A stretch of 21,722 bases of DNA from Octopus sinensis (Eukaryota): NCBI RefSeq assembly GCF_006345805.1, contig NW_021836502.1, positions 1 through 21,722 of the forward strand. Reading direction: 5' to 3'. Every line of letters begins with the position of its first letter. Positions within the stretch are counted from its first letter, which is position 1. The translations under genes and the position numbers were made by a program. Positions 1-13,814 of this stretch are shown here, in pieces. The notes beneath the pieces are model-generated. The model was given only the letters and a program-made list of their open reading frames with translations, ran no database searches and was not told where the DNA came from.

Positions 1-3000
1 CACATCTTAGCACCTCCCAAAAATTGCAATATATTACGCAATTATTACATAATCGCAAGTACCCTCGTATTGCTGTATCTAGGGAACTCCCCAAATGGAT
101 ATACATTACGCAATTTATTACAAATTATTACATAATCTCAAGTACCCCAAAATTCACAAAACTAGGCACCTCCTAAAATTGCATAATATATTACGCATTT
201 ATTACGCAGTTTATTACGCAATCTATGACATAATCTCAAGTACCTTCGTACTTCAATCTTAGCACCTCCCAAAATTGCATAATATATTACGCAATTTATT
301 ACATAATCGCAAGTACCTCGTATGCTGTATTAGGGAACTCCCAAAATAGGATATACATACGCAATTATTACATAATTTATTACATAATCTCAAGTACCCC
401 AAAATTCACAAAACTATGCACCTCCCTAAAATTGCATAATAATTACGCAATTATTACATAATCTCAAGTACCCTCGTATTGTTAAATCTAGGGAACTCCC
501 CAAATAGCATTATATATTACGCAATTTATTATAATTTATTACATAATCTCAAGTACCCCAAAATTCACAAAACTAGGCACCTCCCTAAAATTGCATAAAA
601 TATTACGCAATTTATTACGCAGTTTATTACGCAATCATGACATAATCTCAAGTACCTTCGTATTTCACACTTTAGCACCTCCCAAAATTGCATAATATAT
701 TACGCAATTTATTAAATATACAAGTACCTCGTATTGCTGTATCTAGGGAACTCCCAAAAAGGATTATACATACGCGCAATTTATTACATAATTTATTACA
801 TAATCTCAAGTACCCCAAAATTCACAAAACTATGCACCTCCCTAAAATGCATAATATATTACGCAATTTATTACGCAATCTATTACGTAATCTCAAGTAC
901 CCTCGTATCTTGAATTTAGGGAACTCACAAAATAGCATAATATTATTACGCAATTTATTAATCAATCTATTACATAATCTCAAGTACCCTCGTAAAATTT
1001 AGGAAACTCGCCAAATTGCATTAATATATTACGCAATTTATTACATAATCTCAAGTACCCTCGTATTGCTAAATCTAGGGAAATCCCCAAATAGCTTATA
1101 CATTATGATTAGTACATAATTTATTACATAATCTCAAGTACCCCAAAATTCACAAAATTAGGCACCTCCCTAAAATTGCATAAAATATTACGCAATTTAT
1201 TACGCAGTTTATTAATCTATGACATAATCTCAAGTACCTCAACTCTTCACATCTTAGCACTCCAAAAATTGCATAATATATTACGCAATTTATTACATAA
1301 TCTCAGTACCCCAAAATTCACAAAACTAGGCATTTCCCTAAAATTGCACAACATATACAATTATTACGCAATCTATTACATAATCTCAAGTACCCTCGTA
1401 TCTTACATCTAGGCACGTCAAAAATTGCATAATAAATTACGCAATTTATTACGCATCTATTACATAATCTCAATACCCTCGTATCTTCCATCTAGGCACA
1501 TACAAAATTGCATAATATATTACGCAATTTATTACATAATCTCCAGTACCCTCGAATTGTTAAATCTAGGAACTCCCCAAATAGCATTATATATACGCAA
1601 TTTATTACATAATTTATTACATAATCTCAAGTACCCCAAAATTCACAAAACTAGGCACCTCCCTAAAATTGCATAAAATATTACGCAATTTATTACGCAG
1701 TTTATACGCAATCTATGACATAATCTCAAGTACCCTCGTATCTTCACATCTTAGCACCTCCCAAAATTGCATAATATATTACGCAATTTATTACATAATC
1801 GCAAGTACCCTCGTATTGCTGTATCTAGGGAACTCCCCAAATAGGTTATACATTACGCAATTTATTACATAATTTATTACATAATCTCAAGTACCCCAAA
1901 ATTCACAAAACTAAGCACCTCCTCAAAATTGCATAATATATTACGCAATTTATTACATCAATTTATTACATAATCTCAAGTACCTCGTAAAATTAACTAG
2001 GAAACTCCCAAATTGCATAATATATTACGCAATTTATTACATAATCTCAAGTACCCTCGTATTGCTAAATCTAGGGAACTCCCCAAATAGCATTATATAT
2101 TACGCAATTTATTACATAATTTATTACATAATCTCAAGTACCCAAAATTCACAAAATAGGCACCTCCCTAAAATTGCATAATATTACGCAATTTATTACG
2201 CAATTATTAATAATCTATGACATAATCTCAAGTACCCTCAACTCTTCAAATCTTAGGCACCTCCCAAAATTGCATAATATATACGCAATTTATTACATAA
2301 TCTCCAGTACCCCAAATTACCAAAACTAGGCATTTCCCATAAATTGCACAATATATTACGCAATTTATTACGCAATCTATTACATAATCTCAAGTACCCT
2401 CGTATCTTCACATCTAGGCACGTCCAAAAATTGCATAATAAATTACGCAATTTTTACATAATCTCAAGTACCCTCGAATTGTTAAATCTAGGGAACTCCC
2501 AAATAGCATATATATTACGCAATTATTACATAATTTATTACATAATCTCAAGTACCCCAAAATTCACAAAACTAGGCACCTCCCTAAAATTGCATAAAAT
2601 ATTACGCAATTTATTACGCATTTATTACGCAATCTATGACATAATCTCAAGTACCCTCGTATCTTCACATTTAGCACCTCCCAAAATTGCATAATATATT
2701 ACGCAATTTATTACATTTATTACATAATCTCAAGTACCCCAAAATTCACAAAATAGGCACCTCCCAAAAATTGCATAATATATTACGCAAATATTACGCA
2801 ATCTATTACATAATCTCAAGTACCCTCGTATGTTAAATCTAGGGAACTCCCCAAATATCATTATATATTACGCAATTTATTACATAATTTATTACATAAT
2901 CTCAAGTACCCCAAAATCACAAAACTAGGCACTCCCTAAAATTGCATAATATATTACGCAATCTATTACGTAATCTCAAGTACCCTCGTATTCTTGAATT

Positions 3001-6000
3001 TATGGAACTCCCCAAATAGCATTATATATTACGCAATTTATTACATAATTTATTACATAATCTCAAGTATCCCAAAATTCACAAAACTAGGACACCTCCC
3101 TAAAATTGCATAAAATATTACGCAATTTATTACATAATCTCCAGTACCCCAAAATTCACAAAACTAGGCACTCCCTAAAATTGCACAACATATTACGCAA
3201 TTTATTACGCAATCTATTACATAATCTCAAGTACCCTCGTATCTGCACATCTAGGCACGTCCAAAAATTGCATAATAATTACGCAATTTATTACGCAATC
3301 TATTACATAATCTCAATTACCCTCGTATCTTCACATCTAGGCACATACAAAATTGCATAATATATTACGCAATTTATTACATAATCTCAAGTACCCTCGT
3401 ATTCTAAATCTAGGGAACTCCCCAAATAGCATTATATATTACGCAATTTATTACATAATTTATTACATAATCTCAAGTACCCCAAAATTCACAAAACTAG
3501 GCACCTCCCTAAAATTGCATAATATATTACGCAATTTATTACATAATTTATTACATAATCTCAAGTACCCCAAAATTCACAAAACTAGGCACCTCCCTAA
3601 AATTGCATAATATATTACGCAAATTATTACGCAATCTATTACATAATCTCAAGTACCCTCGTATTGTTAAATCTAGGGAACTCCTCAAATAGCATTATAT
3701 ATTACGCAATTTATTACATAATTTATTACATAATCTCAAGTACCCCAAAATTCACAAAACTAGGCACCTCCCTAAAATTGCATAAAATATTACGCAATTT
3801 ATTACATATTTATTACATAATCTCAAGTACCCCAAAATTCACAAAACTAGGCACCTCCCTAAAATTGCATAATATATACGCAATTTATTACATATTTATT
3901 ACATAATCTCAAGTACCCCAAAATTCACAAAACTAGGCACCTCCCTAAATTGCATAATATATTACGCAATTTATTACGCAATCTTTACATAATCTCAAGT
4001 ACCCTCGTATCTGCACATCTAGGCACGTCCAAAAATGCATAATAATTACGCAATTTATTACGCAATCTATGACATAATCTCAGTACCCTCGTATCTTCAC
4101 ATCTTAGCACCTCCCAAAATTGCATATATATTACGCAATTTATTACAAAATTATTACATATCTCAAGTACCCCAAAATTCACAAAATTAAGCATCTCCCT
4201 AAAATTGCATAATATATTACGCAATTTATTACGCAATCTATTACATAATCTCAATTACCCTCGTAAAATTTAGGAAACTCGACAAATTGCATAATATATT
4301 ACGCAATTTATTACATAATCTCAAGTACCCTCGTATTGCTGTATCTAGGGAACTCCCCAAATAGCATTATACATTACGCAATTTATTACATAATTTATTA
4401 CATAATCTCAAGTACCCTCGTAAAATTTAGGAAACTCGCCAAATTGCATAATATATTACGCAATTTATTACATAATCTCAAGTACCCCAAAATTCACAAA
4501 ACTAGGCACCTCCCTAAAATTGCATAATATATTACGCAATCTATTACGTAATCTCAAGTACCCTCGTATTCTTGAATTTATGGAACTCCCCAAATAGCAT
4601 TATATATTACGCAATTTATTACATAATTTATTACATAATCTCAAGTATCCCAAAATTCACAAAACTAGGCACCTCCCTAAAATTGCATAAAATATTACGC
4701 AATTTATTACATAATCTCCAGTACCCTCAAAATCACAAAACTAGGCACCTCCCTAAAATGCACAACATATTACGCAATTTATTACGCAATCTATTACATA
4801 ATCTCAAGTACCCTCGTATCTGCACATCTAGGCAACGCAAAAATTGCATAATAAATTACGCAATTTATTACGCAATCTATTACATAATCTCAATTACCTC
4901 GTATCTTCACATCTAGGCACATACAAAATTGCATAATATATTACGCAATTTATTACATAATCTCAAGTACCTCGTATTCTAATCTAGGGAACTCCCCAAT
5001 AGCATTATATATTACGCAATTTATTACATAATTTATTCATAATCTCAAGTACCCCAAAATTCACAAAACTAGCACCTCCCTAATTGCATAATATATTACG
5101 CAATTTATTACATAATTTATTACATAATCTCAAGTACCCCAAAATTCACAAAACTAGGCACCTCCCAAAAATTGCATAATATATTACGCAAATTATTGCG
5201 CAATCTATTACATAATCTCAAGTACCCTCGTATTGTTAAATCTAGGGAACTCCTCAAATAGCATTATATATTACGCAATTTATTACATAATTTATTACAT
5301 AATCTCAAGTACCCCAAAATTCACAAAACTAGGCACCTCCCTAAAATTGCATAATATATTACGCAATTTATTACATAATTTATTACATAATCTCAAGTAC
5401 CCCAAAATTCACAAAACTAGGCACCTCCCTAAAATTGCATAATATATTACGCAATTTATTACATAATTTATTACATAATCTCAAGTACCCCAAAATTCAC
5501 AAAACTAGGCACCTCCCTAAAATTGCATAATATATTACGCAATTTATTACGCAATCTATTACATAATCTCAAGTACCCTCGTATCTGCACATCTAGGCAC
5601 GTCCAAAAATTGCATAATAAATTACGCAATTTATTACGCAATCTATGACATAATCTCAAGTACCCTCGTATCTTCACATCTTAGCACCTCCCAAAATTGC
5701 ATAATATATTACGCAATTTATTACATAAATTATTACATAATCTCAAGTACCCCAAAATTCACAAAATTAAGCATCTCCCTAAAATTGCATAATATATTAC
5801 GCAATTTATTACGCAATCTATTACATAATCTCAATTACCCTCGTAAAATTTAGGAAACTCGACAAATTGCATAATATATTACGCAATTTATTACATAATC
5901 TCAAGTACCCTCGTATTGCTGTATCTAGGGAACTCCCCAAATAGCATTATACATTACGCAATTTATTACATAATTTATTACATAATCTCAAGTACCCTCG

Positions 6001-9000
6001 TAAAATTTAGGAAACTCGCCAAATTGCATAATATATTACGCAATTTATTACATAATCTCAAGTACCCTCGTATTGCTAAATCTAGGGAACTCCCCAAATA
6101 GCATTATGCAATTTATTACATAATTTATTACATAATCTCAAGTACCCCAAAATTCACAAAATTAGGCACCTCCCTAAAATTGTATATAATATTACGCAAT
6201 TTATTACGCAGTTTATTACGCAATCTATTAGATAATCTCAAGTACCCACAACTCTTCACATCTTAGCACCTCCCAAAATTGCATAATATATTACGCAATT
6301 TATTACATAATCTCCAGTACCCCAAAATTCACAAAACTAGGCATTTCCCTAAAATTGCACAACATATTACGCAATTTATTACGCAATCTATTACATAATC
6401 TCAAGTACCCTCGTATCTTCACATCTAGGCACGTCCAAAAATTGCATAATAAATTACGCAATTTATTACGCAATCTATTACATAATCTCAATTACCCTCG
6501 TATCTTCACATCTAGGCACATACAAAATTGCATAATATATTACGCAATTATTACATAATCTCAAGTACCCTCGAATTGTTAAATCTAGGGAACTCCCCAA
6601 ATAGCATTATATATTACGCAATTTATTACATAATTTATTACATAATCTCAAGTACCCCAAAATTCACAAAACTAGGCACCTCCCTAAAATTGCATAAAAT
6701 ATTACGCAATTTATTACGCAGTTTATTACGCAATCTATGACATAATCTCAAGTACCTTCGTATCTTCACATCTTAGCACCTCCCAAAATTGCATAATATA
6801 TTACGCAATTTATTACATAATCGCAAGTACCCTCGTATTGCTGTATCTAGGGAACTCCCCAAATAGGATTATACATTACGCAATTTATTACATAATTTAT
6901 TACATAATCTCAAGTACCCCAAAATTCACAAAACTATGCACCTCCCTAAAATTGCATAATATATTACGCAATTTATTACGCAATCTATTACGTAATCTCA
7001 AGTACCCTCGTATTCTTGAATTTAGGGAACTCCCCAAATAGCATATATATTACGCAATTTATTACATAATTTATTACATAATCTCAAGTACCCCAAAATT
7101 CACAAAACTAAGCACCTCCTCAAAATTGCATAATATATTACGCAATTTATTACTCAATCTATTACATAATCTCAAGTACCCTCGTAAAATTTAGGAAACT
7201 CGCCAAATCGCATAATATATTACGCAATTTATTACATAATCTCAAGTACCCTCGTATTGCTAAATCTAGGGAACTCCCCAAATAGCATTATACATTATGC
7301 AATTTATTACATAATTTATTACATAATCTCAAGTACCCCCAAATTCACAAAATTAGGCACCTCCCTAAAATTGTATAAAATATTACGCAATTTATTACGC
7401 AGTTTATTACGCAATCTATAACATAATCTCAAGTACCCTCGTATTGCTAAATGTAGGGAACTCCCCAAATAGCATTATATATTACGCAATTTATTACATA
7501 ATTTATTACATAATCTCAAGTACCCTAAAATTCACAAAACTAGGCACCTCCCTAAAATTGCATAAAATATTACGCAATTTATTACGCAGTTTATTACGCA
7601 ATCTATGACATAATCTCAAGTACCCTCGACTCTTCACATCTAGGCACGTCCAAAAATTGCATAATAAATTACGCAATTTATTACGCAATCTATTACATAA
7701 TCTCAATTACCCTCGTATCTTCACATCTACGCACATACAAAATTGCATAATATATTACGCAATTATTACATAATCTCAAGTACCCTCGAATTGTTAAATC
7801 TAGGAACTCCCCAATAGCATTATATATTACGCAATTATTACATAATTTATTACATAATCTCAAGTACCCCAAAATTCACAAAACTAGGCACCTCCCTAAA
7901 ATTGCATAAAATATTACGCAGTTTATTACGCAATCTATGACATAATCTCAAGTACCTTCGTATCTTCACATCTTAGCACCTCCCAAAATTGCATAATATA
8001 TTACGCAATTTATTACATAATCGCAAGTACCCTCGTATTGCTGTATCTAGGGAACTCCCCAAATAGGATTATACATTACGCAATTTATTACATAATTTAT
8101 TACATAATCTCAAGTACCCCAAAATTCACAAAACTATGCACCTCCCTAAAATTGCATAATATATTACGCAATTTATTACGCAGTTTATTACGCAATCTAT
8201 GACATAATCTCAAGTACCTTCGTATCTTCACATCTTAGCACCTCCCAAAATTGCATAATATATTACGCAATTTATTACATAATCGCAAGTACCCTCGTAT
8301 TGCTGTATCTAGGGAACTCCCCAAATAGGATTATACATTACGCAATTTATTACATAATTTATTACATAATCTCAAGTACCCCAAAATTCACCAAACTATG
8401 CACCTCCCTAAAATTGCATAATATATTACGCAATTTATTACATAATCTCAAGTACCCTCGTATTGTTAAATCTAGGGAACTCCCCAAATAGCATTAATAT
8501 TACGCAATTTATTACATAATTTATTACATAATCTAAAGTACCCCAAAATTCACAAAACTAGGCACTCCCTAAAATTGCATAAAATATTACGCAATTTATT
8601 ACGCAGTTTATTACGCAATCTATGACATAATCTCAAGTACCTTCGTATCTTCACATCTTAGCACCTCCCAAAATTGCATAATATATTACGCAATTATTAC
8701 ATAATCGCAAGTACCTCGTATTGCTGTATCTAGGGAACTCCCCAAATAGGATTATACATACGCAATTATTACATAATTTATTACATAATCTCAAGTACCC
8801 CAAAATTCACAAAACTATGCACTCCCTTAAAATTGCATAATATATTACGCATTTATTACGCAATCTATTACGTAATCTCAAGTACCCTCGTATTCTTGAA
8901 TTTAGGGAACTCACCAATAGCATAATATATTACGCAATTTATTACTCAATCTATTACATAATCTCAAGTACCCTCGTAAAATTAGGAAACTCGCCAAATT

Positions 9001-12000
9001 GCATTAATATTACGCAATTTATTACATAATCTCAAGTACCCTCGTATTGCTAAATCTAGGGAACTCCCCAATAGCATTATACATTATGCAATTATTACAT
9101 AATTTATTACATAATCTCAAGTACCCCAAAATTCAAAAAAATTAGGCACCTCCCTAAAATTGCATAAAATATTACGCAATTTATTACGCAGTTTATTACG
9201 CAATCTATGACATAATCTCAAGTACCCTCAACTCTTCACATCTTAGGCACCTCCCAAAATTGCATAATATATTACGCAATTTATTACATAATCTCCAGTA
9301 CCCCAAAATTCACAAAACTGGCACCTCCCTAAAATTGCATAAAATATTACGCAATTTATTACGCAGTTTATTACGCAATCTATGACATAATCTCAAGTAC
9401 CTTCGTATCTTCACATCTTAGCACCTCCCAAAATTGCATAATATATTACGCAATTTATTACATAATCGCAAGTACCCTCGTATTGCTGTATCTAGGGAAC
9501 TCCCCAAATAGGATTATACATTACGCAATTTATTACATAATTTATTACATAATCTCAAGTACCCCAAAATTCACAAAACTAAGCACCTCCTCAAAATTGC
9601 ATAATATATTACGCAATTTATTACTCAATCTATTACATAATCTCAAGTACCCTCGTAAAATTTAGGAAACTCGCCAAATTGCATAATATATTACGCAATT
9701 TATTACATAATCTCAAGTACCCTCGTATTGCTAAATCTAGGGAACTCCCCAAATAGCATTATACATTATGCAATTTATTACATAATTTATTACATAATCT
9801 CAAGTACCCCAAAATTCACAAAATTAGGCACCTCCCTAAAATTGCATAAAATATTACGCAATTTATTACGCAGTTTATTACGCAATCTATGACATAATCT
9901 CAAGTACCCTCAACTCTTCACATCTTAGCACCTCCCAAAATTGCATAATATATTACGCAATTTATTACATAATCTCCAGTACCCCAAAATTCACAAAACT
10001 AGGCATTTCCCTAAAATTGCACAACATATTACGCAATTTATTACGCAATCTATTACATAATCTCAAGTACCCTCGTATCTTCACATCTAGGCACGTCCAA
10101 AAATTGCATAATAAATTACGCAATTTATTACATAATCTCAAGTACCCTCGAATTGTTAAATCTAGGGAACTCCCCAAATAGCATTATATATTACGCAATT
10201 TATTACATAATTTATTACATAATCTCAAGTACCCCAAAATTCACAAAACTAGGCACCTCCCTAAAATTGCATAAAATATTACGCAATTTATTACGCAGTT
10301 TATTTACGCAGTTTATTACGCAATCTATGACATAATCTCAAGTACCCTCGTATCTTCACATCTTAGCACCTCCCAAAATTGCATAATATATTACGCAATT
10401 TATTACATAATTTATTACATAATCTCAAGTACCCCAAAATTCACAAAACTAGGCACCTCCCTAAAATTGCATAATATATTACGCAAATTATTACGCAATC
10501 TATTACATAATCTCAAGTACCCTCGTATTGTTAAATCTAGGGAACTCCTCAAATAGCATTATATATTACGCAATTTATTACATAATTTATTACATAATCT
10601 CAAGTACCCCAAAATTCACAAAACTAGGCACCTCCCTAAAATTGCATAATATATTACGCAATCTATTACGTAATCTCAAGTACCCTCGTATTCTTGAATT
10701 TATGGAACTCCCCAAATAGCATTATATATTACGCAATTTATTACATAATTTATTACATAATCTCAAGTATCCCAAAATTCACAAAACTAGGCACCTCCCT
10801 AAAATTGCATAAAATATTACGCAATTTATTACATAATCTCCAGTACCCCAAAATTCACAAAACTAGGCACCTCCCTAAAATTGCACAACATATTACGCAA
10901 TTTATTACGCAATCTATTACATAATCTCAAGTACCCTCGTATCTGCACATCTAGGCACGTCCAAAAATTGCATAATAAATTACGCAATTTATTACGCAAT
11001 CTATTACATAATCTCAATTACCCTCGTATCTTCACATCTAGGCACATACAAAATTGCATAATATATTACGCAATTTATTACATAATCTCAAGTACCCTCG
11101 TATTCTAAATCTAGGGAACTCCCCAAATAGCATTATATATTACGCAATTTATTACATAATCTCAAGTACCCCAAAATTCACAAAACTAGGCACCTCCCTA
11201 AAATTGCATAATATATTACGCAATTTATTACATAATTTATTACATAATCTCAAGTACCCCAAAATTCACAAAACTAGGCACCTCCAAAAATTGCATAATA
11301 TATTACGCAAATTATTGCGCAATCTATTACATAATCTCAAGTACCCTCGTATTGTTAAATCTAGGGAACTCCTCAAATAGCATTATATATTACGCAATTT
11401 ATTACATAATTTATTACATAATCTCAAGTACCCCAAAATTCACAAAACTAGGCACCTCCCTAAAATTGCATAATATATTACGCAATTTATTACATAATTT
11501 ATTACATAATCTCAAGTACCCCAAAATTCACAAAACTAGGCACCTCCCAAAAATTGCATAATATATTACGCAAATTATTGCGCAATCTATTACATAATCT
11601 CAAGTACCCTCGTATTCTTGAATTTAGGGAACTCCCCAAATAGCATTATATATTACGCAATTTATTACATAATTTATTACATAATCTCAAGTACCCCAAA
11701 ATTCACAAAACTAGGCACCTCCCTAAAATTGCATAAAATATTACGCAATTTATTACGCAGTTTATTACGCAATCTATGACATAATCTCAAGTACCCTCGT
11801 ATCTTCACATCTTAGCACCTCCCAAAATTGCATAATATATTACGCAATTTATTACATAATTTATTACATAATTTATTACATAATTTATTACATAATCTCA
11901 AGTACCCCAAAATTCACAAAACTAGGCACCTCCCTTAAATTGCACAACATGTTACGCAATTTATTACGCAATCTATTACATAATCTCAAGTACCCTCGTA

Positions 12001-13559
12001 TCTTCACATCTAGGCACGCATAAAAATTGCATAATATATTACGCAATTTATTACATAATCTCAAGTACCCTCGAATTGTTAAATCTAGGGAACTCCCCAA
12101 ATAGCATTATATATTACGCAATTTATTACATAATTTATTACATAATCTCAAGTACCCCAAAATTCACAAAACTAGGCACCTCCCTAAAATTGCATAAAAT
12201 ATTACGCAATTTATTACGCAGTTTATTACGCAATCTATGACATAATCTCAAGTACCCTCGTATCTTCACATCTTAGCACCTCCCAAAATTGCATAATATA
12301 TTACGCAATTTATTACATAATCTCAAGTACCCTCGTATTGCTGTATCTAGGGAACTCCCCAAATAGCATTATACATTACGCAATTTATTACATAATTTAT
12401 TACATAATCTCAAGTACCCCAAAATTCACAAAACTAGGCACCTCCCTAAAATTGCATAAAATATTACGCAATTTATTACGCAGTTTATTACGCAATCTAT
12501 GACATAATCTCAAGTACCCTCGACTCTTCACATCTTAGCACCTCCCAAAATTGCATAATATATTACGCAATTTATTACATAATTTATTACATAATCTCAA
12601 GTACCCCAAAATTCACAAAACTAGGCACCTCCCTAAAATTGCACAACATGTTACGCAATTTATTACGCAATTTATTACGCAATCTATTACATAATCTCAA
12701 GTACCCTCGTATCTTCACATCTAGGCACGTCCAAAAATTGCATAATAAATTACGCAATTTATTACGCAATCTATTACATAATCTCAATTACCCTCGTATC
12801 TTCACATCTAGGCACATACAAAATTGCATAATATATTACGCAATTTATTACATAATCTCAAGTACCCTCGAATTGTTAAATCTAGGGAACTCCCCAAATA
12901 GCATTATATATTACGCAATTTATTACATAATTTATTACATAATCTCAAGTACCCCAAAATTCACAAAACTAGGCACCTCCCTAAAATTGCATAATATATT
13001 ACGCAAATTATTACGCAATCTATTACATAATCTCAAATACCCTCGTATTGTTAAATCTAGGGAACTCCTCAAATAGCATTATATATTACGCAATTTATTA
13101 CATAATTTATTACATAATCTCAAGTACCCCAAAATTCACAAAACTAGGTACCTCCCTAAAATTGCATAATATATTACGCAATTTATTTCGCAATCTATTA
13201 CGTAATCTCAAGTACCCTCGTATTCTTGAATTTAGGGAACTCCCCAAATAGCATTATATATTACGCAATTTATTACATAATTTATTACATAATCTCAAGT
13301 ATCCCAAAATTCACAAAACTAAGCACCTTCCTAAAATTGCATAATATATTACGCAATTTATTACTCAATCTATTACATAATCTCAAGTACCCTCGTAAAA
13401 TTTAGGAAACTCGCCAAATTGCATAATATATTACGCAATTTATTACATAATCTCAAGTACCCTCGTATTGCTAAATCTAGGGAACTCCCCAAATAGCATT
13501 ATATATTACGCAATTTATTACATAATTTATTACATAATCTCAAGTACCCCAAAATTCAC
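1..13559. repeat. Complex tandem satellite array (>=13.5 kb, runs off the left edge); ~160 monomers of 70-100 bp
   Basis: The core aaattgcataatatattacgcaat(ttattac[a/g][t/c]aat)n-ctcaagtacc recurs throughout. It is followed by related cassettes such as ccaaaattcacaaaactaggcacctcccta, ctcgtatcttcacatcttagcacctccc, ctcgtattgttaaatctagggaactcccc and ctcgtaaaatttaggaaactcgcc. Monomer lengths measured at 9392-10224 are 75,87,88,70,87,100,75,88,75,87, i.e. mostly 12-bp steps. The array stops mid-monomer at ...ccccaaaattcac (13559). Confidence 0.98.
2975..6050. repeat. Higher-order repeat: two tandem copies of a ~1.58 kb, ~19-monomer block
   Basis: Rare diagnostic variants recur at a fixed offset: acaaaattaagcatctccct at 4181 and 5761, ggaaactcgacaaatt at ~4272 and ~5852, and ctattacgtaatctcaag...ttcttgaatttatgg at ~2965 and ~4543. 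The cassette order is the same in both copies. Confidence 0.85.
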
Positions 13560-13739
13560 TCATTTTAACCAAAATGCAGAAAATTTTTTTTAATTTTTTT
13601 TGGAGGGAAGGTTTTAAGGACCTCATCATGTAAGTCGAGGACATCATAGTTGTTCATTTTAACCAAAATGCAGAAAATTTTTTTTAATTTTTTTTGGAGG
13701 GAAGGTTTTAAGGACCTCATCATGTAAGTCGAGGACATC
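13560..13739. repeat. 94-bp-period direct repeat (two identical 86-bp copies)
   Basis: 13560-13645 equals 13654-13739 (tcattttaaccaaaatgcag...gtaagtcgaggacatc). Confidence 0.95.
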
Positions 13740-13764
13740 GTATTGCCAATTTGAAGTTGGTGTG

Positions 13765-13792
13765 CACACACAGACAGACAGACAGACACACA
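13765..13792. repeat. (CA)n/(CAGA)n compound microsatellite
   Basis: cacacacagacagacagacagacacacac. Confidence 0.9.
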
Positions 13793-13814
13793 CCATACCA
13801 TTTTATTATTAAGA

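Larger units (their letters stand above)
13560..13814 (-). mobile_element. Probable 5' block of a non-autonomous Helitron/Helentron-like element
   Basis: The minus strand reads A|TCTTAATAATAAAATGGTATGG-TGTGTG(TCTG)n-TGTGTGCAC: a 5'-TC start after A, an AT-rich head and a (GTCT)n microsatellite, as in invertebrate non-autonomous Helitrons and DINE-1-like elements. It truncates the integrase ORF right after the ...TQG motif. No 3' hairpin/CTRR end is visible in the window. Confidence 0.55.

Noticed and set aside
688-13251. Dozens of short ORFs (HNILRNLL.../MRLCNRLRNK...) in the ORF track
   Set aside because: They are translations of the satellite. Frames shift constantly, no long ORF is maintained, and most start at non-ATG codons.
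1-13559. CRISPR array (palindromic repeat plus variable spacers)
   Set aside because: The 'spacers' are ~8-10 mutually homologous variants that recur dozens of times, repeat length varies in 12-bp steps, there are no cas genes, and the context is eukaryotic with introns.
1-13559. Telomeric repeat motifs (CCCTAAAA, CCCCAAAA, TTTAGGG) within monomers
   Set aside because: They occur singly inside cassettes and never as tandem runs. The G-poor strand bias alone is not enough to call a telomere.
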